This document shows, piece by piece, positions 9,304 through 18,047 of a stretch of 32,000 nucleotides of DNA; within the stretch, counting starts at the first letter, position 1, and each line of letters begins with the position of its first letter. The stretch covers positions 1,560,001-1,592,000 of the forward strand of contig NZ_CP011304.1 in assembly GCF_000981785.2 (NCBI RefSeq), read 5' to 3'. Below the pieces are notes generated by a model that saw only the letters and a list, made by a program, of their open reading frames with translations, was not told where the DNA came from and ran no database searches. A program made the position numbers and the translations under genes. The stretch comes from Microcystis aeruginosa NIES-2549 (GTDB taxonomy: Bacteria > Cyanobacteriota > Cyanobacteriia > Cyanobacteriales > Microcystaceae).

Positions 9304-9789
9304 ATGGCCAATACGCCCCGTATTTCCCCCCAAGTACCCCAGAGTTGCACCGGTCGCCCCTCGGTTCCCCTCTCGGTCTATCGAGAATTAGTCAAAGAAT
9401 TGCAGGCCACCCAGGCACGGGTGGAATTTCTAGAAGCACAAAACCAGCAACTTGTCAAGAGTAATCGGCAATTACGTCAGGAAATCGAGACAGTAGTTGC
9501 TCAGGGAAGACGATTAGAAAAAGTGGTAAAGAGTTTCGAGAGGAATCCCGTCGAGGAACCCTCCTTCGTCATCCCAGTTCCTCCCCGTCTGGTTACACCT
9601 CCCTCTCCTTCGCTGCGGGTTAAGGAAGAAATCCCGGTCACTCGTCCCATCACCGTTACTGCTTCAAAACAGCCATTTCCTAAAAATACTTGGTTATTGG
9701 TCGGGTTAATTATTGTCGTGGTTCTTACCTCCGGTTTCGGGGCTTTTTGGCTTATTTCTGCCTCTAGAAACGCGGGTTCGACCGACTGA
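9304..9789 (+). CDS. hypothetical coiled-coil protein with a C-terminal transmembrane anchor
   Basis: A heptad-like stretch (ELQATQARVEFLEAQNQQLVKSNRQLRQEIE) is followed by a Pro-rich linker and a C-terminal TM helix (WLLVGLIIVVVLTSGFGAFWLI). No family was recognised. Confidence 0.5.
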   Translation: MANTPRISPQVPQSCTGRPSVPLSVYRELVKELQATQARVEFLEAQNQQLVKSNRQLRQEIETVVAQGRRLEKVVKSFERNPVEEPSFVIPVPPRLVTPPSPSLRVKEEIPVTRPITVTASKQPFPKNTWLLVGLIIVVVLTSGFGAFWLISASRNAGSTD

Positions 9790-10115
9790 TTGACTACCAC
9801 CTCGGCATTTTAAGCTTAATTTCTTGCCCTTAGTCGGTTTGCCGCAGGGAAAAACCATTGACGCGGGGCTGTCTATACTCGCACAGTGCAAATCCCACCA
9901 GGTACTTTACCCGATTGAACTATTGAGACTTAGCCAAGAGAAATAGCTTGGCCTTTTTCTCCAGATGACCGACAAATTCGCCAATGTCTTACACTTCATC
10001 CGATCAAGTCTTTCCCATCGTCAGCGATAGACGGGGAGAATGCGATCGAGCCTCGCACTAAGACAAAAACCAATGAAGATAAAAAGCGTTAGAAAATTAG
10101 CTTACCCTGGAAAAA

Positions 10116-10562
10116 CTATCCCTTGTTCTTAATAATCATGACATCAATTATCTTGATCGCCGTCTGTTCGGGGATTTCTAAAATTTTGTAGAGTTTGTTG
10201 AGTAAATTTTCTTCCTCACTACTAACCTCCCCATCGGCCAGAATCAGATCCGCAGTTACGGCAAAAGCGGTTTCGTATAGATCGTGGGGAAGTGAGTCGA
10301 TTGCCATATTGAGCAGAACTTGAGCGCCCTGACGGCTTAAAATCGCGCACAGCCTATCAAATAACCGTCCGATTACCTCGCGGGGATAACTGCGATATAG
10401 GTGCATTCGGCTTAGGGTGGTAATTAAAGCTTGGGTTTCCTCTTCCGATAAATAACCATCGGCGGCAACTGCCACTAGAGTAATTGCCGCAAACGCTTCT
10501 GCGGGAGTTAGAGAAACGTTACTCTGCTGACGAACACGAGATAACCCACTAAATAAGCTCAT
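10116..10562 (-). CDS. TerB-like (tellurite-resistance TerB family) protein
   Basis: Two acidic helical repeats, AADGYLSEEETQAL and LADGEVSSEEENLL, are characteristic of TerB-type domains. Confidence 0.65.
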   Translation of the reverse strand: MSLFSGLSRVRQQSNVSLTPAEAFAAITLVAVAADGYLSEEETQALITTLSRMHLYRSYPREVIGRLFDRLCAILSRQGAQVLLNMAIDSLPHDLYETAFAVTADLILADGEVSSEEENLLNKLYKILEIPEQTAIKIIDVMIIKNKG

Positions 10563-10936
10563 ATAACTCCTACTAAAATTTAATTAGGTAAGCTCGAAAG
10601 ATTGATGGGCAAGACAAAAACATCATAAACTAGGAAAGTAGGGTGAAGCAAGCGAACAAATGAACCAAGTCAAATTCGTTTATCAGTTAAGCCTATAGAA
10701 AACCTTTTAGTCTTGAGATAATATTAGATAAAGGTCTGATAGTCTCCGAACCCAATCGGTACGTCGATCTGGTTGTCGGATCAGGCTTTGGGAACCGTGT
10801 CTTTGAGTCAGAGGATAGCGGAGAATGGCAGCGATAAAGGTGGGGGCTAGGGGTTAATGTTAAATTTTATTAAGACAATGAAAGAGTTATTGGTTATCAT
10901 CCTAAATCCGTTGAGTATAGGATACATATCAGGACA

Positions 10937-10971
10937 GGCAAAAGGCAAGAGGCAAAAGGTAAAAGGCAAAA
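10937..10971 (+). repeat. Heptanucleotide array GGCAAAA/GGCAAGA/GGTAAAA x5
   Basis: Five tandem 7-mers are read directly. A related GAGGCAAGAGGCAACAG stretch occurs at about 17881-17897. Confidence 0.85.
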
Positions 10972-11058
10972 GAGAAATAGATAATCAGTCTTTGATAACT
11001 GGATTAGTATAACTACCTCCTGCCCCCTGCCTCCGTTAACAGTTCCCATCTCTTGCCC

Positions 11059-12570
11059 CTAGGCTTTCTGTTCCTGTTTAGATTTATGTAGGGGATCCAT
11101 ATAAATCTCTAAGCGCTTAAATACCACGGAGGAAAGGGTAGTTAAAACCAAATAAACTAAAGCAACGGCAATATAAATCTCGAAAGCTTTATAGGTAGTG
11201 GCTACCATTAATTGACCTTGCCGGAATAATTCTTCAAAACCGATTACTGCCGCTAAACTGGTATCTTTAATTAGGGTGATAAATTCATTCCCCAACGGTG
11301 GCAACATCCGGCGAAAAGCTTGGGGAAAAATCACCTCGCGCATGGTTTGCACTGGGGACATTCCTAGACTAGAACAAGCTTCCCATTGACCATTATCGAT
11401 CGATTGAATACCGCCGCGCATAATTTCAGCTAAATAGGCCGCTACATTTAAACTGAGGGCAAATAAGGCCGCTGGTAAACGATCTAAGTCGATATTTAAG
11501 CCAATTTCTCGGAACAACCCGGGCAAACCAAAATAGATCAAGAATAATTGCACCAGCATCGGTGTTCCCCGAAAGAAATCCACATAGATGCGGCAAATTA
11601 TTTTTAACCATTTGTAGGGAGAAATCAGGGCAATAGCCACTAAAGTTCCGCCGATTAACCCGAACAGAAAAGACAGAACCGTTAACAGAATTGTCCAGGG
11701 AACCCCTTTAAAAATCAGGTTATAGAATAATTCTCCCCAGTTAAAACTCGATTCCTGTAAATTCTTTAAAGCTGGGGCAACTAAGGGTAATTCTGGCGGT
11801 TTTTCTCCAAACCATTGCCGAAAAATAGCATCGTACCGACCACTTTCTATGACTCGACCGAGAGCATCATTAATTAACTGGAGATAGGGGGAATTTTTGG
11901 GTAAAGCAATGCCGTAGAATTCTTCCGTTAATAATTCTCCGACTACTTTTACACCTCGTAAACCCGCTTCTTTAATTGCATACAAAGTCACGGGTTTATC
12001 GTTAACTACCGCATCAACTCGACCATTAATTAATTCCTGCAAAGCTAAAGCCGCCGAGTCAAATTGACTAACCACTGACCCGGGTATTTTTATCGCTTCT
12101 AAGGCTCCCGTCGTGCCAATTTGGACGGCAATTCTTTTGCCTTTTAAGTCTTCAAAATTTTTAATCGTTTTATTATCTTCCCGAACAGCGATCGCTAAAC
12201 CAGCCTTAAAATAAGGTCGAGAAAAAGAAATCGCCTGGGCCCGTTCGGCGGTGATAGTCATGCCACTAATAGCGGCTTCCACTGTTCTCGCTTGTAGAGC
12301 CGGAATAATGCCATCAAAGGGTAAATTTCTAAAGTCAATGTTGAGATCAGCTTCCTCTCCAATCGCTCGCATTAAATCGATATCAAACCCAGTTAATTGT
12401 CCCCCTTGTTGAAATTCAAAGGGCGGAAAAGTCGCTTCTGTGGCGACTCGAAAAGGATTAGGAGGAGTCTGGGAAAAAGCGGGAATAACACTTAATCCTA
12501 GCGCCAAGACTAATCCTAACAAGGCAAAGATAACTCTCTGTACCGCCCGCCCTCGCCAAAATTTAATCAT
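11059..12570 (-). CDS. amino-acid ABC transporter, fused periplasmic binding protein + permease (BgtB-like)
   Basis: A signal peptide and a family-3 solute-binding domain (ATEATFPPFEF, GFDIDLM) are fused to a His/Glu/Gln/Arg-type permease (EACSSLGMSPVQTMREVIFPQAFRRMLPPLGNEF). The same fusion is known for Synechocystis BgtB. Confidence 0.85.
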   Translation of the reverse strand: MIKFWRGRAVQRVIFALLGLVLALGLSVIPAFSQTPPNPFRVATEATFPPFEFQQGGQLTGFDIDLMRAIGEEADLNIDFRNLPFDGIIPALQARTVEAAISGMTITAERAQAISFSRPYFKAGLAIAVREDNKTIKNFEDLKGKRIAVQIGTTGALEAIKIPGSVVSQFDSAALALQELINGRVDAVVNDKPVTLYAIKEAGLRGVKVVGELLTEEFYGIALPKNSPYLQLINDALGRVIESGRYDAIFRQWFGEKPPELPLVAPALKNLQESSFNWGELFYNLIFKGVPWTILLTVLSFLFGLIGGTLVAIALISPYKWLKIICRIYVDFFRGTPMLVQLFLIYFGLPGLFREIGLNIDLDRLPAALFALSLNVAAYLAEIMRGGIQSIDNGQWEACSSLGMSPVQTMREVIFPQAFRRMLPPLGNEFITLIKDTSLAAVIGFEELFRQGQLMVATTYKAFEIYIAVALVYLVLTTLSSVVFKRLEIYMDPLHKSKQEQKA

Positions 12571-12768
12571 TTTTTAATTGTTTCTCCTTGATTTTTTTGC
12601 TCAATTAAGTTAAGGATTTCGTCCTACTTCCCACCCAAGACAGATGTAGAGAGACTATTTGAGTATTATGATTATTCCTCTTGATAAAATGTCGTCAAGG
12701 ATACAATCTAGCAGAAACTAATCTGGATACTTTTATACAGAATGTAAAATTTTTTACGAGAGGACATC

Positions 12769-13524
12769 ATGACCACTACCACCCCTGTGATTGTTAGTGA
12801 AGGTTTACGCAAAAGTTACGGCTCTTTAGAGGTACTCAAAGGAGTTACAGGCACTCTTTATCAAGGGGACGTGGTATCGGTAATCGGTCCCTCTGGCTGC
12901 GGCAAAAGTACCTTTTTACGCTGTCTCAATCGTTTGGAAACAATTAACGGCGGCCGCTTGGAGGTGATGGGAATTGACATCTCTTCCCCGAAGTTAAATC
13001 AATCGGTCCTCCGCAAGTTACGCAGCCGGGTAAGTATGGTGTTTCAACACTTTAATCTTTTTCCCCATCTCACCGTTTTACAAAACTTGATGTTGGCCCC
13101 CAAGCAAGTGTTACACCACCCGGAAAATGAGGCTAAAGATACGGCAATTCATTATCTGGAAAAGGTGGGTTTGGCCCCAAAAGCCGATGTTTATCCCGAC
13201 CAATTATCGGGAGGACAAAAACAACGGGTGGCGATCGCTCGCAGTCTCTGCATGAAACCAGAGGTGATTTTATTTGATGAACCCACTTCGGCCCTGGATC
13301 CGGAATTAGTCGGGGAAGTGTTAAACGTTATGCGTCAATTGGCCGATGAGGGGATGACTATGGTAGTCGTCACCCACGAAATGCAGTTCGCCAAGGAAGT
13401 CTCTAACAAGGTTTTGTTCTTTAATCAAGGTGTCATCGAAGAAGCAGGTGATCCCGACACTTTCTTTAATAATCCCCACAGCGAGCGCTTACAAGCCTTT
13501 TTAAGTCGCATCAATAGTAATTAG
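12769..13524 (+). CDS. amino-acid ABC transporter ATP-binding protein (GlnQ/BgtA-like)
   Basis: It has Walker [10 protein letters not shown], the signature [13 protein letters not shown], Walker [12 protein letters not shown] and an H-loop VVVTHEM. It is divergent from the permease gene. Confidence 0.9.
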   Translation: MTTTTPVIVSEGLRKSYGSLEVLKGVTGTLYQGDVVSVIGPSGCGKSTFLRCLNRLETINGGRLEVMGIDISSPKLNQSVLRKLRSRVSMVFQHFNLFPHLTVLQNLMLAPKQVLHHPENEAKDTAIHYLEKVGLAPKADVYPDQLSGGQKQRVAIARSLCMKPEVILFDEPTSALDPELVGEVLNVMRQLADEGMTMVVVTHEMQFAKEVSNKVLFFNQGVIEEAGDPDTFFNNPHSERLQAFLSRINSN

Positions 13525-13559
13525 GGTTGGCTGAAAAAGTTTGTCGGTGGGGTTATAGA

Positions 13560-14330
13560 ATAACCGATTACACCACTTTTTAGCGGAATCTCCTTGGTCA
13601 GCTGTGAACGTGATTGACATCCTCGCCGCCCTAAAAGTGCGGCGATTCCTAAACCTCACGATTTAAGTTTCTGCTTCCACCACCGTCGCATACCACAGTT
13701 AAAAAACCATGTACTGTCTTACACAGAGTCCACAGACTTTCGCCCCATTTCAGAAGCCCGATTCCGTGTGTCCCACGGTACGTTGACCGCCTATAGCTTC
13801 TTGTACTTGTTGCGCGCGACTTTTTACCCGGCCAAGCTTTTCTGGTCGGAACCCCCTAAGCCGAGTTTTCAAGGTGCTGCGCCGTCCACTTGGTTTTCGA
13901 GACTGGCCTTTTAATTCTAACGTAAAGCCAACCTAGAACGGCGGGGTTTCAGACCCAAAATTTCCGATGAACCAATGCCGCCAGACGGAAATACCCCGAG
14001 GATTTTCGCTGATTGTCGATGACCGAGGACATCGAAAAAGCCGCAATCTGAGCACTGGAGTTGGGAGGCAGTACTTGGGAGAAATTGGCAAAACAGACAG
14101 TAGAGTTGGCTGTATAGTGATCGCTAACCTGATGATCACCGATGGTGTCATTAGTCTCTATAGTCAGCGATTCCCTCTGTAGCGATGTTTTTGATGGTTT
14201 TCTGCTGCGAAACAAGCTATAATGGTCGAAAAGTCAAATTTGAAAAATTTTGCTTCCAACCCTATCGGCGTAAGGATTTCAGGAGTTGGCACCCAGTAGT
14301 ACATTAGCTTTGAATTGCTTTAACTGAGTC
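13560..14330 (-). mobile_element. Decayed IS200/IS605-family (IS1341-type) tnpB relic with an omega-RNA/right-end-like 3' region
   Basis: Minus-strand frames show broken TnpB-like pieces: AENHQ, VIIRLAITIQPT (resembling V.V.P.YTSQTC), RLFRCP....ENPRGISV (resembling R.F.C..CG..DRD.NAA.N) and TVGHTES. The 3' end has GGAATCGCCGCACTTTTAGGGCGGCGAGGATGTCAAT, a hairpin followed by GATGTCAA, as in many tnpB 3' ends. A long subterminal imperfect palindrome lies at 13536-13590. There are many stops and frameshifts. Boundaries are approximate. Confidence 0.45.
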
Positions 14331-14443
14331 TCTGTAAGACTTTCGGCTATAGCTAGTACATTCATAGGGGGAAAGTTTAGTTATGTTCTACTTGGAACAC
14401 AATCAAATTAAATCAACCCTTGCAATTTCATATTGAAGCGACA

Positions 14444-16168
14444 ATGAAAGCAATAACCTCAATTCTTGACACCAGAGCCGAGCAAACCCCCAATCAGTTA
14501 GCCTACATCTTTCTTAAGGATGGTCAAAATCAAGAATCATCCATTGACTACAAAACCTTACAGCAAGAATCAAAGGCGATCGCTGATAGCTTACTTTCTC
14601 TTTGCCGCCAAGGTGATCGCGCTTTATTACTTTATCCCCAAGGTTTAGAATTTATTACAGCTTTTTTGGGGTGTCTATATGCTGGGATTGTTGCGGTTCC
14701 CGCTTACCCACCAAAGCGTAATCAAAAAATGTCTCGATTACTAGCAATTATTGAAGATTCTCGCCCTCAAATTATTCTGACAACCAGTTCACTTGTAGAG
14801 AAAATTAAGTCAACACTTGAATCTTTTTTAGACTTATCAGTAACCAGACTTTTAGTCACAGACAATGTGAATAATAACCAAGACTTTAAATTGCATCTTC
14901 CCAGGATTAGCGGTGATACCCTAGCATTTCTTCAATACACATCAGGTTCAACTGGTGCGCCGAAAGGAGTCATGATTTCCCATGACAACGTTGCCCATAA
15001 TTCTGCTTATATTCAAAAAGCATTTCAACTGACAGGAAAAAGTGTTTCTATGACCTGGTTGCCCAGTTTCCATGACATGGGTTTAATTGATGGTATTATT
15101 CAACCGCTTTATACAGGTTTTTTAGGTGTTGTTATGTCGCCTGAATCTTTTTTAAAAAATCCAATGCTTTGGTTAGAAGCAATTACTAAATATCAAGCTA
15201 CTCATAGCGGCGGTCCAAATTTAGGCTATGAATTATGTGTGCAGAGAATTACGTCTGAACAGCAAGAAATGCTTGATCTCAGTAGTTGGATCACTGCCTA
15301 CAATGGAGCCGAGCCAATACGACGAAAAACGATGGAAAACTTTATTAACAAGTTTCAATCTTCTGGGTTTCAATCTCGATATTTTTATCCCTGTTACGGC
15401 ATGGCAGAAGCCACACTAATGATTTCTGGAGGTAATATCGAAGATGAGCCAGTTTACTTAAATGTTCAATCAGAATCCTTAGAGAATAATCAGGTAGTAG
15501 AAGCGGAGAAAGACAGTAAAAATTATCAGGAACTTGTCGGTTGCGGCCATGTCTGGGAAAATATGGCAGTAAAAATTGTCGATCCTGAAAGTTGTTTAGA
15601 ATGTGATGAAAATCAAGTGGGAGAAATTTGGGTTTCGGGTTCTAGTGTTGCCCAAGGATATTGGCAACAAGAAGAAAAAACGATCGCAACTTTTCAGGCT
15701 AAATTAGCTGATGGGGATCAAGGAAATTTTTTCCGAACAGGCGATTTAGGTTTTAGGCGAGAAGGAGAACTATTTATCACGGGAAGAATCAAAGATGTCA
15801 TCATTATTTGGGGACGAAATCATTACCCCCAAGACGTTGAATATTCTGTACAACAAAGTCATCAGGCTCTGCGTTTAGATTCTGGGGCAGCTTTTACAAT
15901 AGAAGTAGATAATCAAGACAAATTAGTGATTGTTCAGGAAGTAGAGCGTACCTATTTAAGCAAGTTAAATGTCAATGAAGTTTTCTCGGCTATTCGTGAA
16001 GCCGTTGCTCTCCATCATGCCTTACAGGTTTATGCGATCGCATTAATTAAACCCGCAAGTATTCTCAAAACCTCTAGCGGTAAAATTCAACGCCAGGCTT
16101 GTCGTCATGCTTTTCTCACAAACAGGCTGGCGATTGTTGCACAATGGCAACAAAATAAGTTATCATGA
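14444..16168 (+). CDS. fatty acyl-AMP ligase (FAAL)
   Basis: The adenylation core is YTSGSTGAPKGVMISH. The length and layout are FAAL-like (WLPSFHDMGL, GDLGF..GELFITGRIKD, SSGKIQRQACR). It is followed by a free ACP gene. The ATG is at 14444; the track start at 14420 is a TTG. Confidence 0.85.
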   Translation: MKAITSILDTRAEQTPNQLAYIFLKDGQNQESSIDYKTLQQESKAIADSLLSLCRQGDRALLLYPQGLEFITAFLGCLYAGIVAVPAYPPKRNQKMSRLLAIIEDSRPQIILTTSSLVEKIKSTLESFLDLSVTRLLVTDNVNNNQDFKLHLPRISGDTLAFLQYTSGSTGAPKGVMISHDNVAHNSAYIQKAFQLTGKSVSMTWLPSFHDMGLIDGIIQPLYTGFLGVVMSPESFLKNPMLWLEAITKYQATHSGGPNLGYELCVQRITSEQQEMLDLSSWITAYNGAEPIRRKTMENFINKFQSSGFQSRYFYPCYGMAEATLMISGGNIEDEPVYLNVQSESLENNQVVEAEKDSKNYQELVGCGHVWENMAVKIVDPESCLECDENQVGEIWVSGSSVAQGYWQQEEKTIATFQAKLADGDQGNFFRTGDLGFRREGELFITGRIKDVIIIWGRNHYPQDVEYSVQQSHQALRLDSGAAFTIEVDNQDKLVIVQEVERTYLSKLNVNEVFSAIREAVALHHALQVYAIALIKPASILKTSSGKIQRQACRHAFLTNRLAIVAQWQQNKLS

Positions 16169-16215
16169 CAGGTATTTGTTTTTCTTTGCAAATGTTTTGG
16201 TGGTAACTTGTTTTT

Positions 16216-16461
16216 ATGAGTCGAGAAAAAATTGAACAGTGGCTAACAGATAGGCTGACAAGTCTTCTAGGTGTAGATAGGGAAGACATTGATTTAGAAA
16301 AATCTATTTTCACCTATGGACTAGATTCTTCCGTTGCCTTGAGTCTTACTGGCGAGTTGGAAGTCATGCTTGGTTTAGAGCTAGACCCAATTTTATTTTG
16401 GGAATATCCCAAAATTAGTGAATTATCTGAATATTTAGTAGCTGAACTAGCTCAAAAATAG
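16216..16461 (+). CDS. acyl carrier protein (stand-alone)
   Basis: The protein is 81 aa and has the phosphopantetheine attachment motif YGLDSSVAL. Confidence 0.85.
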   Translation: MSREKIEQWLTDRLTSLLGVDREDIDLEKSIFTYGLDSSVALSLTGELEVMLGLELDPILFWEYPKISELSEYLVAELAQK

Positions 16462-16537
16462 GGGTGACTTTAATCATGAATGGGAACAAAGTTTTATTTA
16501 TCCTTTTGATGCAGAATTTCAGGCTAATCCCTATCCT

Positions 16538-17695
16538 GTGTTTGCGCAGCTTCGTCAAGAAGATCCTATCCACAAAAGTATTTTTGGAACATGGATTATT
16601 ACTCGTTATGCCGATGCCCTTACTATTTTAAATGATAAGCGATTCCAAGTAGATAATTTTCCTGAACGCCTTCAGCTAAAAAGTGCCTATCTCAAAGAAG
16701 ATAATCTAGACATTCTTGCACAAACTACTGATAAATGGTTGTTTTTTTTGGAACCACCCGATCATACTCGAATTAAAAATGCACTAATTCCATCCTTTTC
16801 TAGAGCCTCGCTCAATGCTATGCGTCCTAAAATTCAGGCAATTGTTGACGATTTACTGGATAGATTTGCCCCAAGGGGAGAGATGGAAATCATAGCAGAT
16901 TTTGCGACCCCTCTTCCTGCTTTTGCGATTACTAAAATATTAGGTTTACCGATTGAAGATTATCAACAATTAATGCGATGGTCTGCTAAGACCGTTTTCA
17001 TTTTTGATCAACCAGTATCTTTGGAAGAATATAAAGAGCAAAATCAAATTCTCATTGAACATAGAGCCTATTTTGCTCAAAAAGTAGCTGAATATAAAAG
17101 ACAACCAAACGACGGTTTGATCAGCCAGTTAGCTAATTATAAAGATAATATAAATGCCCTAACAGAAGATGAAATAATTAGCACTTCTATTCTGTTAATG
17201 GCGACATCCCAGGAATCAATGAAAGGACTACTGAGTAATGGTCTTTTAGCCCTTTTAAAACACCCACAAAGTTTAGAATATGTAAGACAAAATCCTGGTA
17301 ATATTGAAAATATTGTCGAAGAATTGCTACGTTATGATAGTCCTATTCAGTATGTCTCTCGTCGAGCAATAGAAGACGTTGAGGTTTCAGGAAAAATTAT
17401 TCATCGTGGGGAGTATGTCGTTATCTATCTCGGTGCAGTAAACCATGACCCTGAATACTTTTCTAATCCCCAACAACTGGATTTCAGTCGTCGCAAACCT
17501 AATTTGGGTTTTGGCGGTGGCCTTCACTATTGCATAGGAATGTTTTTAGCCAGGCTTCAAGTGCAAATCGCCCTAAATGCCATGGTGCAACGTTTGCCAG
17601 ATATTTGCCTCAATACAGATAAATTAGACTGGTGCGACAGCAAGATTTCAAGAAGATTAAAAACTCTTCCTGTCAAATTTACTCCTCTTGCTTAA
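16538..17695 (+). CDS. cytochrome P450; the true N-terminus is probably further upstream (see finding)
   Basis: The heme-thiolate loop is FGGGLHYCIGMFLA, with ExxR EELLRY and I-helix-like LLMATSQES. The same frame stays open back to 16451 and encodes YPFDAEFQANPYP, typical of P450 N-termini. It contains no ATG, GTG or TTG before the GTG at 16538. Confidence 0.85.
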   Translation: MFAQLRQEDPIHKSIFGTWIITRYADALTILNDKRFQVDNFPERLQLKSAYLKEDNLDILAQTTDKWLFFLEPPDHTRIKNALIPSFSRASLNAMRPKIQAIVDDLLDRFAPRGEMEIIADFATPLPAFAITKILGLPIEDYQQLMRWSAKTVFIFDQPVSLEEYKEQNQILIEHRAYFAQKVAEYKRQPNDGLISQLANYKDNINALTEDEIISTSILLMATSQESMKGLLSNGLLALLKHPQSLEYVRQNPGNIENIVEELLRYDSPIQYVSRRAIEDVEVSGKIIHRGEYVVIYLGAVNHDPEYFSNPQQLDFSRRKPNLGFGGGLHYCIGMFLARLQVQIALNAMVQRLPDICLNTDKLDWCDSKISRRLKTLPVKFTPLA

Positions 17696-17731
17696 TCTCA
17701 AGGTTAATTTTAAAAAAGCGATCGCTATTTT

Positions 17732-17853
17732 CAGTTAAATAACCTCAGTTCGGGTTAAGGCTATTTTCTTACTCATTCCACAAAAGAATAGGGTTTACAG
17801 CGAACGAGAAAATTAGGGTTTTAGCTTATCCCGAACTCAGGTTAAATAAGCTG
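17732..17853. repeat. MITE-like element: about 30-nt imperfect terminal inverted repeats around a roughly 62-nt core
   Basis: The left arm CAGTTAAATAACCTCAGTTCGGGTTAAGGC pairs with the reverse complement of the right arm, CAGCTTATTTAACCTGAGTTCGGGATAAGC. The core AACCT[C/G]AGTTCGGG[T/A]TAAG is conserved between arms. Confidence 0.5.
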
Positions 17854-17984
17854 TTCATAATTTAAATTGCTTGTTGAGACGAGGCAAGAGGCAACAGTAA
17901 AAGGATTGGAGGAGATTCGGCTGATCATTAAGAATAAGCGGTTTAAATACGTCTTAGCTTAACAGAATAGCGATCGCATTTTTG

Positions 17985-18024
17985 TCATAAATAAGAGCAT
18001 CACCTTTGATAATTAGTGATGCTC
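17985..18024 (-). terminator. Rho-independent terminator downstream of the lectin-like gene
   Basis: A perfect 9-bp stem GAGCATCAC (17995-18003) / GTGATGCTC (18016-18024) is followed on the minus strand by TTATTTAT. Confidence 0.55.
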
Positions 18025-18047
18025 ACTTTAAATGAATTAATTGTTTC

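Noticed and set aside
9836-9960. Possible small RNA with a TTGACG...TATACT promoter and a GCCAAG/CTTGGC hairpin plus T-run.
   Set aside because: The -35/-10 spacing is only 10 nt, and the hairpin has a 6-bp stem. This is too weak to call. It may simply be a weak terminator for the 9304-9789 gene.
13530-14420. The long ORF-poor gap might hold RNase P RNA, tmRNA, or a cobalamin or TPP riboswitch.
   Set aside because: I could not find the universally conserved cores on either strand: GAGGAAAGUCCGGGCUC and ACAGAACCCGGCUUA for RNase P, the tRNA-like ends and tag ORF for tmRNA, the B12 box, or the CUGAGA...ACCUGAUCUGGAUAAUGCCAGCG pattern for TPP. The TnpB-relic interpretation fits better. The three overlapping ORFs at 13933-14215 are fragments or shadows of it.
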